A stretch of DNA of 64,000 bases from Trichodelitschia bisporula (GCA_010356995.1 ML996691.1:192174-256173); one strand, 5' to 3'. Shown: positions 36,251 to 49,898, counted from the first letter of the stretch. Made by a program: numbers and translations. The notes: generated from the sequence alone by a model not told the origin.

Positions 36251-39200
36251 CACTGGGCAAGAGTCGCCTCTTTATAAAAGAAAACCATAGTCTATGACGC
36301 AGTCTGGGTCCTGGTGGGCTTACGTACAGTATCACATGGCAAGTGAAGAAAACTAGCAAGTCTACAGGGACCGTTAGGACCCGAACCGGACTTTAACAGT
36401 AAGTATACGTACCGCACCTCGAGTGGCCACCTAGCAGAAGACTGGCCCTCATTGTGGTCCGCATGGTGCTTTTGCTCTTCCGGGCCCCAGCGAATCACAT
36501 AGACCAGAGAGTACCAAGCATTTAGCATGGTGTGTTTAAAACAACTCCACAAGGAGTTCGGTTGAGTACTGAAATCGTGGACGCACTCGAGTTGAGTAAT
36601 GAGAGAGTGTTTGAATGATGTTGGATGAGCGAGTTTGTCGAATTAAGTGCCGATGATGGGGGAAGTGGCTTCCCAAACAAAAGCCAGCGTCCCCGTGAGC
36701 GGCGCACATATGACTATCACATGGCGAGACCAGCTCACGCATCCAGAGCTGGCATATAGGCAAAAAACGGATGCTCAAGGTGGTTTCCAGACGAGCCTTG
36801 CCGTCTGACTGGATTGTGCATGGTAGATGTCTCTTAGCGAACATCTGCGCCTCTTGCATAACGGTTCTGCTAGAATGAACTCAACAGCTTCATCTCAGGC
36901 ACGTTCAAGATGCGAACCAGTGTAAACTGAGCCTGAAAATGGCAGACACGGAAGGCATTCCGGGTGATGGCTTCTGTGACGCGTCACCGGGACGGCGCCA
37001 AATAACATGAGGGTTGAATGCTTAGGTGCAAGTCGGTCCCTTTCGAAGCCAATCGCTGTTTGGTCCTTTCGCAAAGGTATCGTACTGATGATACTATCGT
37101 TAGCCATACTGTTCCCGATATCGCTTCGCGTCCATTTCTGGAACCGGAGGGCCATACGGAGCCTTCAAAACCTGCGGAATATGAGGGAGACGCTCTGGTC
37201 GAAGATGACATTTTTGTCCATCCTCTTTACACCATAGCACCAGTGTTGGATCTCACTGCTTGGTACTGCTGTGCATATTTGACTCAAAGCCATCGCATTG
37301 TTGAACGAAGTGGTACCAAGGGCCAATTCGAAAAAGTGATGTCACCCAACTCTCCCCTACCAAATAGTCTCTGCCTCATACTCAGCAGAGAACTTAGCAA
37401 GAGACAGCAACAACCTTTCCGGGTGGCCGAAGCGCCGAGACAGACGAGGATCCATTATTCGAGACGTCATCAATCACCTTACGCCCGTTACCCGGCATCA
37501 AGACGACCTCGGCCCATCACATCGCGCCGTCACCATATCCTTCAAACACACATCTCGCCTCAAGCCACATCATCAACAGCCTCACCCTACCCAAACCCCG
37601 CCCACGAGCCTCCCGCGGGAGTCCATGAGATCTAGACCCGCAGCCCAGGCCCCTCGCAACTCTAGCCCTCCCTCCCACTAACTCAATATCCGCACGCAAG
37701 TACAGAGAGTCGTGCAGATAAGCTTGTGGCGGCGGGGTCGGGGATAAAGTGCTTGCACAAGGCCGGGCCGGCGGTGCAATCAAGCCTTTTTTGGCGGGGG
37801 ATATTGCGCAGGGAGGCGCGGGAATTACTCCTATCTAAACATAGATGTGCCGTGGTGGGGGATGCGCGGGGGGAGATAGGAAGCGATTTTTCCCACCAGC
37901 GGCGGCAATGGAGGCGGCGTGGGTCTGTTGTCGACGCGTATTTACGGTGGATAGCGTCGCCGAGAGGTGTAGAGTGCGTCGACGGGTTGCGCTGGGAAGT
38001 GTATCGTCGCGCGAGGCTCACGCCGTACACGGAGAAATTTGTGCCGTTAGAGATGAATCCCGGCGACTCGCTGCCTGCAACGCAATTAAGCCGATCCAAG
38101 AACGAATAAGCTATCTCAGATCGCCTTCCTTATCTTGACGTTCTGCGAATCCGGGGAAGGCCACGTGCCCCCTGTGCCGCTTCAAGACCGTAAGCACGCG
38201 ACATGCTACGACAACAACGACAGCGGGTGTCTTCATATCAACCCGCCCCAAGGACAACAAAAATACAGGCCGGTACTTACACCACGGCAAACCCGACGCC
38301 GACCCGCCGAATATCGACAGGAGCCAGAATAGCGTACCACCCTCCCGTGAACCTCGGCCACGGCGATCAAACGCTCGCCATGGCCGTGCGGCCTGACGTG
38401 CTCCGGAGCGATTGGCACCGCAGTGACGGAGAAAAGCGTCGCCACCGGGATCCGGGAAATGAAAAAGGCTCGGCCGGCCGTCGCGTCGCGCTGAAGCAGG
38501 TACCGATCGCGTCCATGCGGCAAAGGCTTGGTTCACTCTTTCTGTCCCCGGACCCCTTCTGCAGATCCGCGGGACCCGGTACGCTGGCGGCTAAACACGG
38601 CGTGTGAGTTGAGCAGGTTTGAATGGGAGCCAAGTGGTGTATATTGCGGGTATATTGCGTGTGGCGATGGGGATAGAGTGCCCAGCTTCGTACAGTCGAT
38701 TGCTTGTTTTGGATGAGAGATGGACCTTGTTTGAAACTGGGGGACCGAAACTACTTTGGGCCTTTTTTTGAGCGGTGGAGATGGACGTTGTGAACCCGCG
38801 GGCGATCAGCCGACGGTCGGTGTCCAAGCACAGGCGTTCCGAGGGAGCTTCCAGGGGGAAAAGAGTCGCACTTACGCGGGATTCCGGTGGAATTACATTG
38901 GCAGGCCATATGGGATCCGCACAAGTCGACTCCTCAAGGGAAGGTTGCTTGCAGTGCGGTCATCAAAGCTTGCGGGCGGAAAGACCACGATTCCGTACGG
39001 GTATTGGCGACAAGCTTTAGGAACCTAAATAAAGAGAAGGTTATCAGGTGTGCCGGGTTACAATGAACGGTCCCACTATATGATGATGAGTGGACTTTGA
39101 GCCTGCGAGATGAAGTACAGCATGTAGAAGATGAGCTATGCATATGGAGTATCCCAAAAAAGGTGTTGTTCCAAGGCCAGGTATGCCAAGTCGAGCGGTC

Positions 39201-42200
39201 TAGAATGTGCCTTATTGACTGGCTGTGACTCTGGGATATCCTACTCCGTATTGATAGTACGAAGGAGTGTCTGTGTCTGGCACTTGTGACCAGCTCAGCG
39301 CGTCATTTAAGCTCCTGTAATCCTTCCCATTCATCCTATCGCATCTCATAGCCTATTGGAGGACTCCTTGCCACACTCAAGTTCCGCCTGGAAGCCGCCT
39401 CGCTCAGAACGTTACAGTGTCACGAAGCACGCACCACGCCGCTGCTGCGCGAATCCGAAGCACACCAGGCTCGCCCAAGTCTGGCGGACCACCGGTTCCT
39501 CCATAAGCAACCCCTACTAGCCAGCGTAGCACCAAGCATGTACAAAGTATAGGCGCACACAATTCATTGAAGAGTGACATATCATATCGTTAGCGTGGCT
39601 TCCTTCCAGCCTGGCTCAAAACATCAGTCCACTTTGGCACAATGCCTCAATGCTTGGTACAGTGTCAAGCAAGCGCCGTCCGCTTCAACGTCAAACGCGA
39701 AGAACGACGGCGCGAAGATTAAATAGCCGAGCCGTTGGCCCCCCTCAGTAACGGACAACGTCAGCCGCGCTTGTTTCTCGACGCGAGGAAGGCGGCTTGG
39801 TGTCTCGCGGCGGGCCGTGGTGAGGCGTGCCCAGGGCAGGGCGAGGGCGTCGGGGAACGGCGGGTGCTCCAAACATGAGCGGGGAAGGTGCGAATGACTA
39901 GAATGGGGGATTTATGTGTTGCTCGGCTGCGCGTGTGTGAGGATGGGAGCACAACAAAGATTCCTTGCGTCCTTCGACTTCATTCTCCCTTGCGTTGAGG
40001 CTGTAAAGCAGCACCGGCTTTGTTTGGCCGTCGGCATTGTTTGGGCGATACCCTGGAAAGAGCGGCACAGACAGGCATGCCCGGAATGAACTGCGAAGGA
40101 CGGAAGATGGAGAAAATTAAATACGAGCCCAAGACAACGTTGGGACTTGACGGTTCTCTCGCCTGTTTCATATCCATCGAGCCCATCAGGCATCACCGTC
40201 TCGACATTCCCCCGCCAGATCGACATTGCTCCCCCGCCGAGCACATGGCCGCCCCCAGAAGACAAGGCAAAAGAGGCAAAGGCGCCAATCCTCTCCCCAA
40301 GAGTCATGGCCGCAGCCGGCAAGCGCAGAGCCGAGAGGAAATACGTACCGGAGATACATAACAGCCCGCAGGTCTCCCCCTAACAGCCAAGTATGGCAAC
40401 TGACCACCAGCCTTTTTAACTCAAAGCCCTAGCGGAGCCTTCGTTTTATGCTTATCTCTTAGATCGTACGACAGGCATGGAGCACCCTGCCGCCTGCGCC
40501 CCGCCAATAACTGCCAACCACCACAAGTGGCATCCTGGAATGCCATTGAACCATCGAGCCAAGCAAGCCAAGCCTTGTTGCCGAAATCGATTATGTACGA
40601 GCGACGCGGCAAAGTCCAGCGATGTTTAGAAAGTGGCCATGGAGCGTCTTGGCTTAGGGCGCTCGCCTTGCCCTTCGTCCTGATCCTTCTTCCTGCTGGC
40701 CGGCCGAGAATATGAATCCTAGCTTGGGCTCCGCTGCCCAGTATGTTTTCTCCGCGGGGACCAGAGAAGTCGTAAATGACCTGCGGTTGCTTGCGCCAAC
40801 GCAGCGTCAAGCAAAAGAGAGTCATGCGGCCGCAACGCAGCATCGACTCGCGCATCGTTCTCCGCACTCATCTTTAATGTCTTACATCTGCCAATATCGC
40901 GCCTTCTCACGGCCGGCTCCCCAGTGCGCCCAGAATAAAGTTGTCCCGAGAAGGCAACAATCGCTAGCGGCTGCAGTACGGCGCGCATGGAAGCCGCCGG
41001 AACCGATTTCAGGCCGCTTGCGCGATTTGGCATTACATCTCGCCATAGCCCTTGATCGACCGATGCGGAGCAGCCAGCGGAATGCCTCGCTTGCCTCCGC
41101 ACTCGCCCGGCCAACCGGCGTGACGCGGCCATCCTAGACTTTCTGGGGGCTATTTAGGGTTTTAAACTACTCGGCGCGGAGGAGCTCGGCAGGCGGCGGG
41201 GTTGGGATAAGGGAGGAGGTTAAGGGACGCCGGCGCGCCGTTTGGACCTGAGAAGGGCTTCGTGGCAGGCGCGGTCCGCCGAGACCCGGGCCGAGATGCT
41301 GAGTGTGGTGTTGAAACGCTGGTAGGCGCGCGTGAGGCTTTGCGGTGGCGAGGCGCGCTTGGCTGGGGTTTGTACTGTGCTGAGCGACACGTCGCTGCTT
41401 CTCTCGTCTCTCAGCATCACTCTGAGCTCGCCGACGAGATCACTGCGAACTTGCCGATAATTGAAACCCATTTGGGTGGGCCGGGTAGCGGAGGAAGGGA
41501 AAACGGGGATCGACGGCGCCAACCCCCGTACCGAGCTAACTTTAGCAACAAACTTTGATCGCAAATGTTTCCGGCGGGTGCGCAAGCAGGAACAATAACG
41601 TCATGCGCGTGTCCTATGGGATGTGTCGTTACTAATTTTCCTTCCACCGCAGACGTGTTCTCCACCACGTTTCCACGATGTCCGAACAGGTTCCTGTGTG
41701 CAAGATGGTCGCGAATCTAGACCGCATTCGGCGCACACGCCGTCCCCCGGCCAATCTATCATCATTTTCCCGTGCCCTCCGCACTCAATCCACGAGACGT
41801 CACAAGGGGCCACATGGCTTGCGGAAACCCGCAAATCGACCTTATCATGGTACGTCAATCCAGGCCCTCTTCCCCACCCACCAAGGGCACAATTAAACGT
41901 CGGCTCCCCATCCGGCCACGAGAAACTCAATCAAAACCACAATCATATGTAGCTCAATCATCGCCCCCCCAGCACTTCCGCAGGCGGTTCTGCAAAGCTT
42001 CCGCCAATCCCACCGTACCCGTCGATCCCAGATAACGGCGACAGAGCTCATGCGTCGATCGCGGGTACGTTTATTCTTCTCCCGGCGTCCTTCGCCAAAC
42101 GTGAGCGCCGCGCCCCGCGTGTGGCTCCCGCGCCGTGGCTCGGGGATTTTCTTGGTGCTGCGGGCGCGAGGGACTGGACGAATCGTGGCCACGGGCTCAG

Positions 42201-44094
42201 GGACTTGGCGGGTGGGCTACCCTAACCGGTTAGGGAGGATCGATGGGTGGGTGGCTGAGTAAGAAGCAACATGTTTCTATGGTGAACTGAAGCCTAGAGG
42301 AATTCGCGTGGGATGAAAGAGCGGCTTTGAAGCTGTGCAGGCGGCGCGAGCAAAGCTGGGAATGTGAGAGATTTGGAGTATCATAGTAAGGAGCCTTTGT
42401 CGGGGCGCCGAAGGGATTTTTGGGCTTGTGGGTTTGACGGGTACGGGCGCGGCTTGGCGGCCTTCGCGCTTCTTGTCGTTCTTGTCCGGGTGCAGTGCAA
42501 AGCTGGCATCACTTTTAGGCAAGGGGAACGACTGCGCGTAACCGGCTGCACTGTTTATGATCTTGGTCTTTTCGTGTCGATGCCTTTGATTGCCGGATCG
42601 TCTCAAGTATGATGCGAGGGAACTGGTCTCGTGGTGGTTACCCACGGTCCTTCTCCACGACATTGATTGGCGTGGAATCTGCCGGAAGCGTGGTTCAAGA
42701 AACTCGCACAATGGTCCTCCCTAATCATCCTTCTGCACCCGTCCGCGCGCCAATAAAAGAGATGGAAAATGAGGCCGCTCTGCGGACGGCGGGCGGGCGA
42801 CAAATTTGTACGCCAATCCATAGGATATGGCATCGCGCAGGTGATGATTACCCTGCTGTCAGGTCAAGGAGATGGCGCTCTTGATCTTGAGAATGACTGG
42901 GGGGGAGGGGGCTAATGACAGGGTCCTAAGAGCCAAGCCGTGGCATGGCGTTTCTTGAGTGTTCTTGGAATGCGCACCTGCGGGCTTGGTATAGCCGACA
43001 GCCTGGGCTCTGGCGACAATGCCACTTGTTACTTGCTCGTGAGGGGCATGTCGGTTGCAGTGGGGGGGAGGGGGGAGAAAGGGAAGCGCCGAGATAGTCG
43101 GCTGGAAAAGCATAGGCGAGGCGGCGAGAATAATTGCAACTTGGGAAGATGAACATGACATGTCGGTACATTGATTGGTATCTTGACTCTTGCTCAGAAG
43201 CCGGTGGCATGGCGAATGCAGCCGTGGCGGTTGGGGCTGACAGGCTTGTTCTTATACGGAAGACTACTCGGAAGTTGCTCCGTGTGCATCAGCAGCGGGG
43301 TGATAGTTGATGTCTGAGTTCGATTATGGTTGAAGGTCTCGAATCATGTCTCTTTTCAAAGGACGCACCGCGCAATATCTAGGCAACAAAATGAGAGGGA
43401 GGGGTGGCTGCAGCAGCTGCAAACGCTCACTTTACTCCCAACACGAGGCACAACACCAACCAAAGTGCGGACCAAGTGATGGAAGCAAGCTTGGTCGAGC
43501 CTACCATCTATTTTGCTTGTCCCGTATCGTTTAGTGGCCTAATAGCACGTTGACGGATATTGATAGAGAGATAGCAGAGAGACAGTGCAGGGGTTTCAGG
43601 ACTGGATCAGTTCGTTGGGGTGGGTTGGTGGGATGTCGAGATAGGCTGCTGGACCCGGGGTCCGTTTAAAAAGGCTTGTCTGCCTTCAAGCGGCGCCACC
43701 GGGCGGACAGCCCTTGCGATGCTTGGCCTCAGTGGGGGACTGGGGAGCAGCATATGAGAAACGGGCGGTTATGGTTACGAGATGCTTCTTCTCGTCTGCC
43801 TTCCTCTCCCCCTCGTTTCTGCTGCTTCTTGTAAGGAACTGCTCTTTACTGGCCCATAAACTCCTCTGCCAATCCTCCTAGTCATTACGGGGCTATCTTG
43901 TTCCCAAGTATGCGGAGCCTGCAACCCAAGGAAAAAAGCCTTACAATGACGCTTGGATTCTTGTGAAGGTCCTGGGAATGTATCCTTCTCTTTCCCCCCC
44001 CCCTCCCTCCCCCACTGCTATTCCTTACTAAACTACCACCCGTCGCATCTGAAAGCAGATCCCACTCCATTTTTCCGCACTGCCACTTCTTCTG

Positions 44095-44170
44095 CCACCA
44101 CCACCACCACCACCACCACCACCACCACCGCCATACCACCATACCACCATACCACCATACCACCATACCA
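44095..44170. repeat. Compound microsatellite (CCA)11 + (CCATACCA)5 upstream of pac2
   Basis: Read directly from the sequence. Confidence 0.9.
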
Positions 44171-44699
44171 CAGCACCCAAAACTCTCGAGGGCTCCACTA
44201 CGCCGTCTCTTCACTATCTCCTCCGTCTCCTTTGAAGACTTCTCCTCCTTCCTCTTCTCTCTCTCCGCTCTGAACAGCTTTCCCTTCTCTTCCCTACCCT
44301 CCGCGATCTCGCCCTCCATCATCCCACGTGCCGGGTTCCACACCGGAGAGCAACTGCACGCATCGTCACTGCCGCCGAGCCCTTTCCCACCCGCAGCCTA
44401 TGACGCAGCAAAACCGCAGCCATCCCCCGCACTACACCGATCGATATTCATTTTCCTTAACACGCGCGCGCTCTGAAGGTCCAGACCGCGCATGATAAAC
44501 AGTATGTCTGCTCAGCTGAATTTGCTTTTAACTGTGAGCCGTCGCCCATTTGCTGATGCTCTGGTGCAGCCTCGCGTAACCACGGGTAAATCTAGCTCGT
44601 AGCTTAACCGGAGCCTCCGCAAGCGCGACTCGAGGTCCCGAACCTTGCCTTTATCTTTTTTTCTTCTCTCCTTTCGCTCTCTCCGCAATTTCCAGCCAC

Positions 44700-46283
44700 A
44701 TGAACTCGAAAATGGAAACCTATCACGGCCACGTTCGCACTCCCCAGGATGCCATCATTCTCTTTGAGGCCTGCCGCATCGGCCTCCTCCCGCGCGTGCA
44801 GCGTCGCTTATCCGAGAAGGAGCGCCAGCAGATCAAGTCCGGTTCTGTGTTCGTGTGGGACGAGCGTGAGGCCGGGATGCGCCGCTGGACTGACGGCAAG
44901 TCGTGGAGTGCGAGCAGGGTGTCTGGCAGCTTTCTTACCTACCGCGAGATGGAAGGTAAACGTGGAGGGAATGGGTTCGCAGCGCAGGCCAGCACGCCTG
45001 TAGCCCGGAAGCCAGCAAATGGTAATGCCAACGGGAATGGCAACAAGAGCACGGATGGCAACAAGACCGGAGACTCGGACAGTGGAGGTGACGATGGTCC
45101 AGATGGTTACCGCTACAAGCTGGACGGCCTCATGAAGCAGTCCTTCAGCATCACCACCCAGGACGGCCGCCACCTGCACCTCATCAGCTACTTCGGCCGC
45201 CATCCGAGCGGTCCGATGCTCAAGCAACCCTCCAGCGACCCAGCCCTGCGGCATATCATCCCGCAAAAGGGCCTCTATCCAGATGCCACGATCAACGAGT
45301 CCGCCCACACCCCTCCCGTAACCCGCGGACCCATGACCAGCGCACCTTACCACCCAGCACCACCCCAAATGGTCGTCTCCGCCTACCCGTATCACCAAGG
45401 TCCTCCTCCAGGCTACGCCTTCGCCCCAGGTCCTCACCCCCAAATGTGGCCCGCCAGCCCCATGGCCACTCCTCCAGGCCACTACTACTACGCGCCGCAC
45501 CTGCAGCAGCCGCCACACGGCCAGCCCTACCCTCCACCGCACTACGTGCAAGCCCATCCTCACCCACACCCGGGCTATCCGCCGCCAGGACCAGGTGCAT
45601 ATGATCGCCCGCCTCCCCCGCCTCATGGACCGCCACCACAGCAGCACAGCCTGCCCCCGCTGGCACTGCCGCCCAACGGCGCCCCGCCGCCCCCGCAGCA
45701 CTCGCAGTACCCACAGCACCCGCAACACTACCCCCCGCACTCGTCACCAGCACGGCTTCCCTACCACCAACCCCCGACCTCCGGCCCGCCGACCTACTCC
45801 CGCCCGTCGACTTCCGATCACCATCCGCACCCGCCCAAGCCAGGTCACTATCAGCCCACTCCGCCTGCACCGCCGCAGAACGGTCACCACCGCCCCCCAA
45901 CCCCGCCTCAATCCGCGCCTTCCGCGCCACAGTCTGCGCCTCTGGCGCCGACCTCCACGCCCACTACTGGGCCGGCGCTGTCGGCTTCTATCTCTGCGCC
46001 CGCACAGCTATCTACTACCCGGCCGTCCTTCCCGAGCACCGATAGCTCCGGGACGCCGACTGCGGCGGCGAGCAGTAGTCGTATTCCGAGCATCAACGCA
46101 CTGATCAACGGCGACGGGCCGGATGGCGAGAAGGGCGGGAGTAGGTCTGGGAGTCGGAGTCCCGGGGGTGGTGGCGTGGGGGGGAGTCATATCCGGGAGA
46201 TTCCGGATGCGATGGCTGCCGGGGGTTTGCAGCGGGATAAGAGCGATTTGAAGAGGTTGGATTCGCAGTTGTTGAAGAGTTAG
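44700..46283 (+). CDS. pac2: Gti1/Pac2 (WOPR) family regulator, Pac2 subgroup
   Basis: Intronless 527-aa ORF. METYHGHVRTPQDAIILFEACRIGLLPRVQRRLSEKER..FVWDEREAGMRRWTDGKSWSASRVSGSFLTYREMEGKR (WOPRa), GLMKQSFSIT..HLHLISY (WOPRb), Pro/His-rich tail. Confidence 0.95.
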   Translation: MNSKMETYHGHVRTPQDAIILFEACRIGLLPRVQRRLSEKERQQIKSGSVFVWDEREAGMRRWTDGKSWSASRVSGSFLTYREMEGKRGGNGFAAQASTPVARKPANGNANGNGNKSTDGNKTGDSDSGGDDGPDGYRYKLDGLMKQSFSITTQDGRHLHLISYFGRHPSGPMLKQPSSDPALRHIIPQKGLYPDATINESAHTPPVTRGPMTSAPYHPAPPQMVVSAYPYHQGPPPGYAFAPGPHPQMWPASPMATPPGHYYYAPHLQQPPHGQPYPPPHYVQAHPHPHPGYPPPGPGAYDRPPPPPHGPPPQQHSLPPLALPPNGAPPPPQHSQYPQHPQHYPPHSSPARLPYHQPPTSGPPTYSRPSTSDHHPHPPKPGHYQPTPPAPPQNGHHRPPTPPQSAPSAPQSAPLAPTSTPTTGPALSASISAPAQLSTTRPSFPSTDSSGTPTAAASSSRIPSINALINGDGPDGEKGGSRSGSRSPGGGGVGGSHIREIPDAMAAGGLQRDKSDLKRLDSQLLKS

Positions 46284-47315
46284 GCAAGGGGGTTTATGTA
46301 TCATGGGGGGGTTGAGGCGCCTGGCTAGGCGGCTGTGGGGATGAGGAACTCAAGGTTACGGCTGAACTGGGCGGCACGGCTGGGCAAAGGACGGACGCAT
46401 GTGCGACGGTGGGGGATAAACTGCATCATGGGTGGAGTTTGATGTTTACATGTACGATAGCCTTTCCCCTCGCATCTTCGGTTTCGGAGGGATCGGATCG
46501 GACCGCATACCCGGAAGATATATACCGTACAGGACTATCCTGCGGGGGCGCTATTATTGATAAGCTGTCGATTGAGGCTTTCTTCTATCTGGTACTCGCG
46601 TCGTGTGTGTGGTGTGTTGATTGTGTGACTGGCAGTGGCTGGCGATATCGGGGAAGGCGCCGGGTGTGGCGTGGGCTCATTACCCCGCGCTTTCCGCTTT
46701 GGGGTATGGGCGGGGAGGGGTGGGGAGCTTATGTTGACGGCGGATGAGGGGTTCGACCGGGGGTACCTTTGAGGTTAGGGCCATTGGCATGGTGAGGGAG
46801 GTACGTGTTCATGACCTGACGTCTCGGAGACCAAGGTTACCGCTCCGATCTTCGGCTGATGTGGACGCGAGGCAGGAGCATTGTCATGTCAGAAAGGAAG
46901 CATCTATCCGAGGAAGGAACATGATGTAATGTGCACATGATGGGAGGAATGAGCAATAGGGGAATACTGGTATTATTGGGTATTTAGTCTTGAGCTTCAT
47001 TTTTGCTCTCTCTTCTCTTCTCTTCTCTTCTTTGTCTTTGTCTTTTTCTCAAATTCTTCACTTTACACCATAGCCCTTGCACGTATCAGCTTGCAATTTC
47101 AATTAGCATGCCGTGGCAGTGGTACGAACCGGCGCTGGCAAGGGGATCAGGACGAGAATATGGCTATGCCACTTAGGTGAGATTCTTCCTACATTATGCC
47201 CCATTTCAATCCAAAACATATCCATCCTACAGTAGTAAACACTCACAGTGCCGAGGAACATCCAATGCATCCGTCCAAAACCTCCCCCACATCCCTCCCC
47301 CCCGCCCAAACCCCA

Positions 47316-49217
47316 TCAAAGCACACACCCCCTCTCCCGCAAACACCAAACCATCTGCACCGGCTCCGCCCTCACCCCGCCAGCCACAAGCCTCTCTCTA
47401 ACCTCCGCCAACCGCGGTGCCGCCTCCACCTGACTCCTATTCTGCCCCAACTCATCCTTCGCTCCGGCCCACAATACTTCGGCAGCAGCCGCCGCTCGGG
47501 GCCAAAGCATGGTATCCAGATTCTGCCGATCCGTCTGCTCGGCCCAGAGATGCACTTCCCCGCCCTGGACGAGATGGTGCTGGTCCGCCGGGATGTGCGC
47601 GAGGGGATCGTGCGCGTAGATCACTTTCCAGTTATGGCGGGGGGAGCAGTAGTCGGCGTAGGGGTAGAATTGCGCGCTGGTTTGGGGCGTGAAGGAGAGC
47701 CATTGGCCGTGGCCGCAGTCGAGGTACTGGGGGGGGTTAGCGGGGTTGTCATGGAAGGGGTGGGATGGGATGGGATGGGATGGGATGGGATGGGGGGGAG
47801 GGGACGAACCCAGACGGTTGAGGAGCCGACGAGGGCTTTGTGCCCGGCGGCGGTTATGGCGGCGACGGCGGTCTCGCCTTGCCATGCTTGGACGATGACG
47901 TCGGGGCCGAGGGTGAGGTTCCAGACTAGCAGCATTTCTTCCCATACTACGGGGGTCAGGCCCGCGCCGCGCACGCGCTTGTGCAAGCCATCTACGAACT
48001 TTTGCATCAGAGGCTGAAGGACGCTCTTGTCGCTGCTCTTGACACTATCATCCAGCCCATACGCCTTCTCGTTCACCTCGTCCCCGCCGGTGTGGTAGAT
48101 ACTCGTCCACGGCTTGACGCGCGGGAGCAGGTCCGCGAAGAGCGTGTCGAGGAATGCTTCCACTTTGCTGGAGTTTAACTTGAGTGTACCCGAGGGCGGC
48201 TCCGCGGCGTACGTATCCCAGTTCGGCCGAACATCATACGCAGCGACGAGCTCGGGATACGCCTGATAAATGCTCGCCGTGTGCCCCGGCATGTCCGTCT
48301 CCAAATACACCATCACCCCCCGCCGCGCACCATAATCCTGCACAGCAGCCAGGTCTTCAGGGGTGTACACCCAGTCCGGGCGCGTCGCGCCCTTGGCCGC
48401 CAGGTCCGGCAGGGACGGGATTACAAGAGGCCAGGATTGCGAGTCGGTGATGTGCAAGTGGAAGCGGTTCATTTTCACCAGCGATAGGGCGTCGAGGACG
48501 CGGTATAGATCTTCTTTGGGGAAATAAGACCGGCTGAGATCGAGGTTTAGGCCCCGGTGGGGGAAGACGGGGCCATCCACTATTGTGACCGGGGCGAGGG
48601 GCGTGTATACCCCCCCGGAGCTGCTGTGGGAGTAGAAGAGTTGGGTGAGGGAGGAGAGGCCGTGGCTAAGCCCCAGCGCCGTCTGCGCGGCGATCGTGAC
48701 GGTCCCGTCGACGGTGAGGGTGAGGTTGTAGGACTCGTCTGCGTCGGGGGGGGGAGGGGTTGAGAGGGCCGCGGCGGTGTCGCCGGGGAGTTGCAGGCAG
48801 AGCTCTGTGACTTGCGGCCCGCTGCCGTCGTCGGCCCCGGGTTCGAAGACGCTGCCGCGGGGGTGGAGCATCCACGGTACGAAGTTGGTTTTGAACAAGG
48901 CATTGTTCGCGCGTAGCAGTGCGGTATGCACTATATCGGCGCCGGTTGGGGGTCCGGCTTGGGAGGAGATATTGGGTGAGGCGGGGAAGCTGGAGGACTG
49001 AGTGTGAGATGGAGGGGTTAGTTTGGGGGATCGGGGGGACGGACGTGGGTGGGTTGAAGGCGGATTGGGGACTTACGATGCTGGCGCCGGCGGACCCGTA
49101 CTTTACTGCTACGTTGCGGCTGATCCACAGTGTGCTTGTGCCGGTGGTGAGGGTGCGGGGAAGGGGCCAGATGGCGGATACAAGGGGGGTGAAGAGGAGG
49201 AAGTGGGAGAGATGCAT
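47316..49217 (-). CDS. Secreted beta-N-acetylhexosaminidase (GH20)
   Basis: Exons 49217-49077, 48997-47810, 47726-47316. Signal peptide + IWPLP, DESYNL, FPHRGLNLDLSR, HLHITDSQSWP, catalytic HTGGDEV, W|YLDCG, GGEVHLWAEQ, WPRAAAAAEVLW. Confidence 0.95.
47762..47794. repeat. (GGGAT)n pentanucleotide microsatellite in hexosaminidase intron 2
   Basis: Six GGGAT units followed by a G run. Confidence 0.9.
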
Positions 49218-49252
49218 TTTGACACTTCTTCTTTTGGGGATTCTGCTTCTTT

Positions 49253-49262
49253 NNNNNNNNNN
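49253..49262. other. Assembly gap (N run) next to a poly-G tract
   Basis: 10 N bases followed by about 20 G. Confidence 1.
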
Positions 49263-49898
49263 GGGGGGGGGGGGGGGGGGGGAAGAGGTGTGGAGAGCGG
49301 AGGTGGAAAGTATGGGAGAGAGGGGGGATATATGATCAGGCTGTAGTGGGGCGGGTCCTGCACAGCCGCGCGGACGGGGGACGTGGACAAGAGTCGCAGG
49401 TCGGCGAGAATTCGATCCTCCAATTCAACCAAAATCAAAGAAACCAGAGAAGTGAGAAAGCTTAACGCGTTCCGAGAAAGAAAAGGTGACGACAAAGAAC
49501 GAGGGTACACGCTGCGTGACCCAAGGTTCGACACGAGGGTGTGGTTGGGCTAACGTAGTCTCGCCCAGGCTGTTAACGACAAACAGTAGGAAACGAGCGA
49601 TGATGGGGGAGGGTAGGTGAGGAGGGGGGATATGTTTCGTAGCAGGTAAGTTGTGAGGGCGGAGTCAGGCACAGGCACAGGCACACAGCACACAGCGGAA
49701 TGTTCGACGACGCAATGCGATGCAGTGAAGCACGGGGCGGCCGTCGCGGCGGCAACGTAAGGTCGATCGGGATGCGATGTTGCGGAAGGCTGGGACCGGG
49801 GATGTGGTGTCACCCAAGGGAGGGTGATGGCGATGACGAGGGGGGGGTTAGATCCTGGTGGATAGGGAAGAATGCAACAATGATGCAAGAAAGAAGGA

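Noticed and set aside
43885..44343. ORFs with poly-Trp / poly-Thr runs
   Set aside because: Translation artefacts of the (CCA)n microsatellite.
44808..45930. Long minus-strand ORFs (310 and 212 aa)
   Set aside because: GC-rich antisense shadows of pac2.
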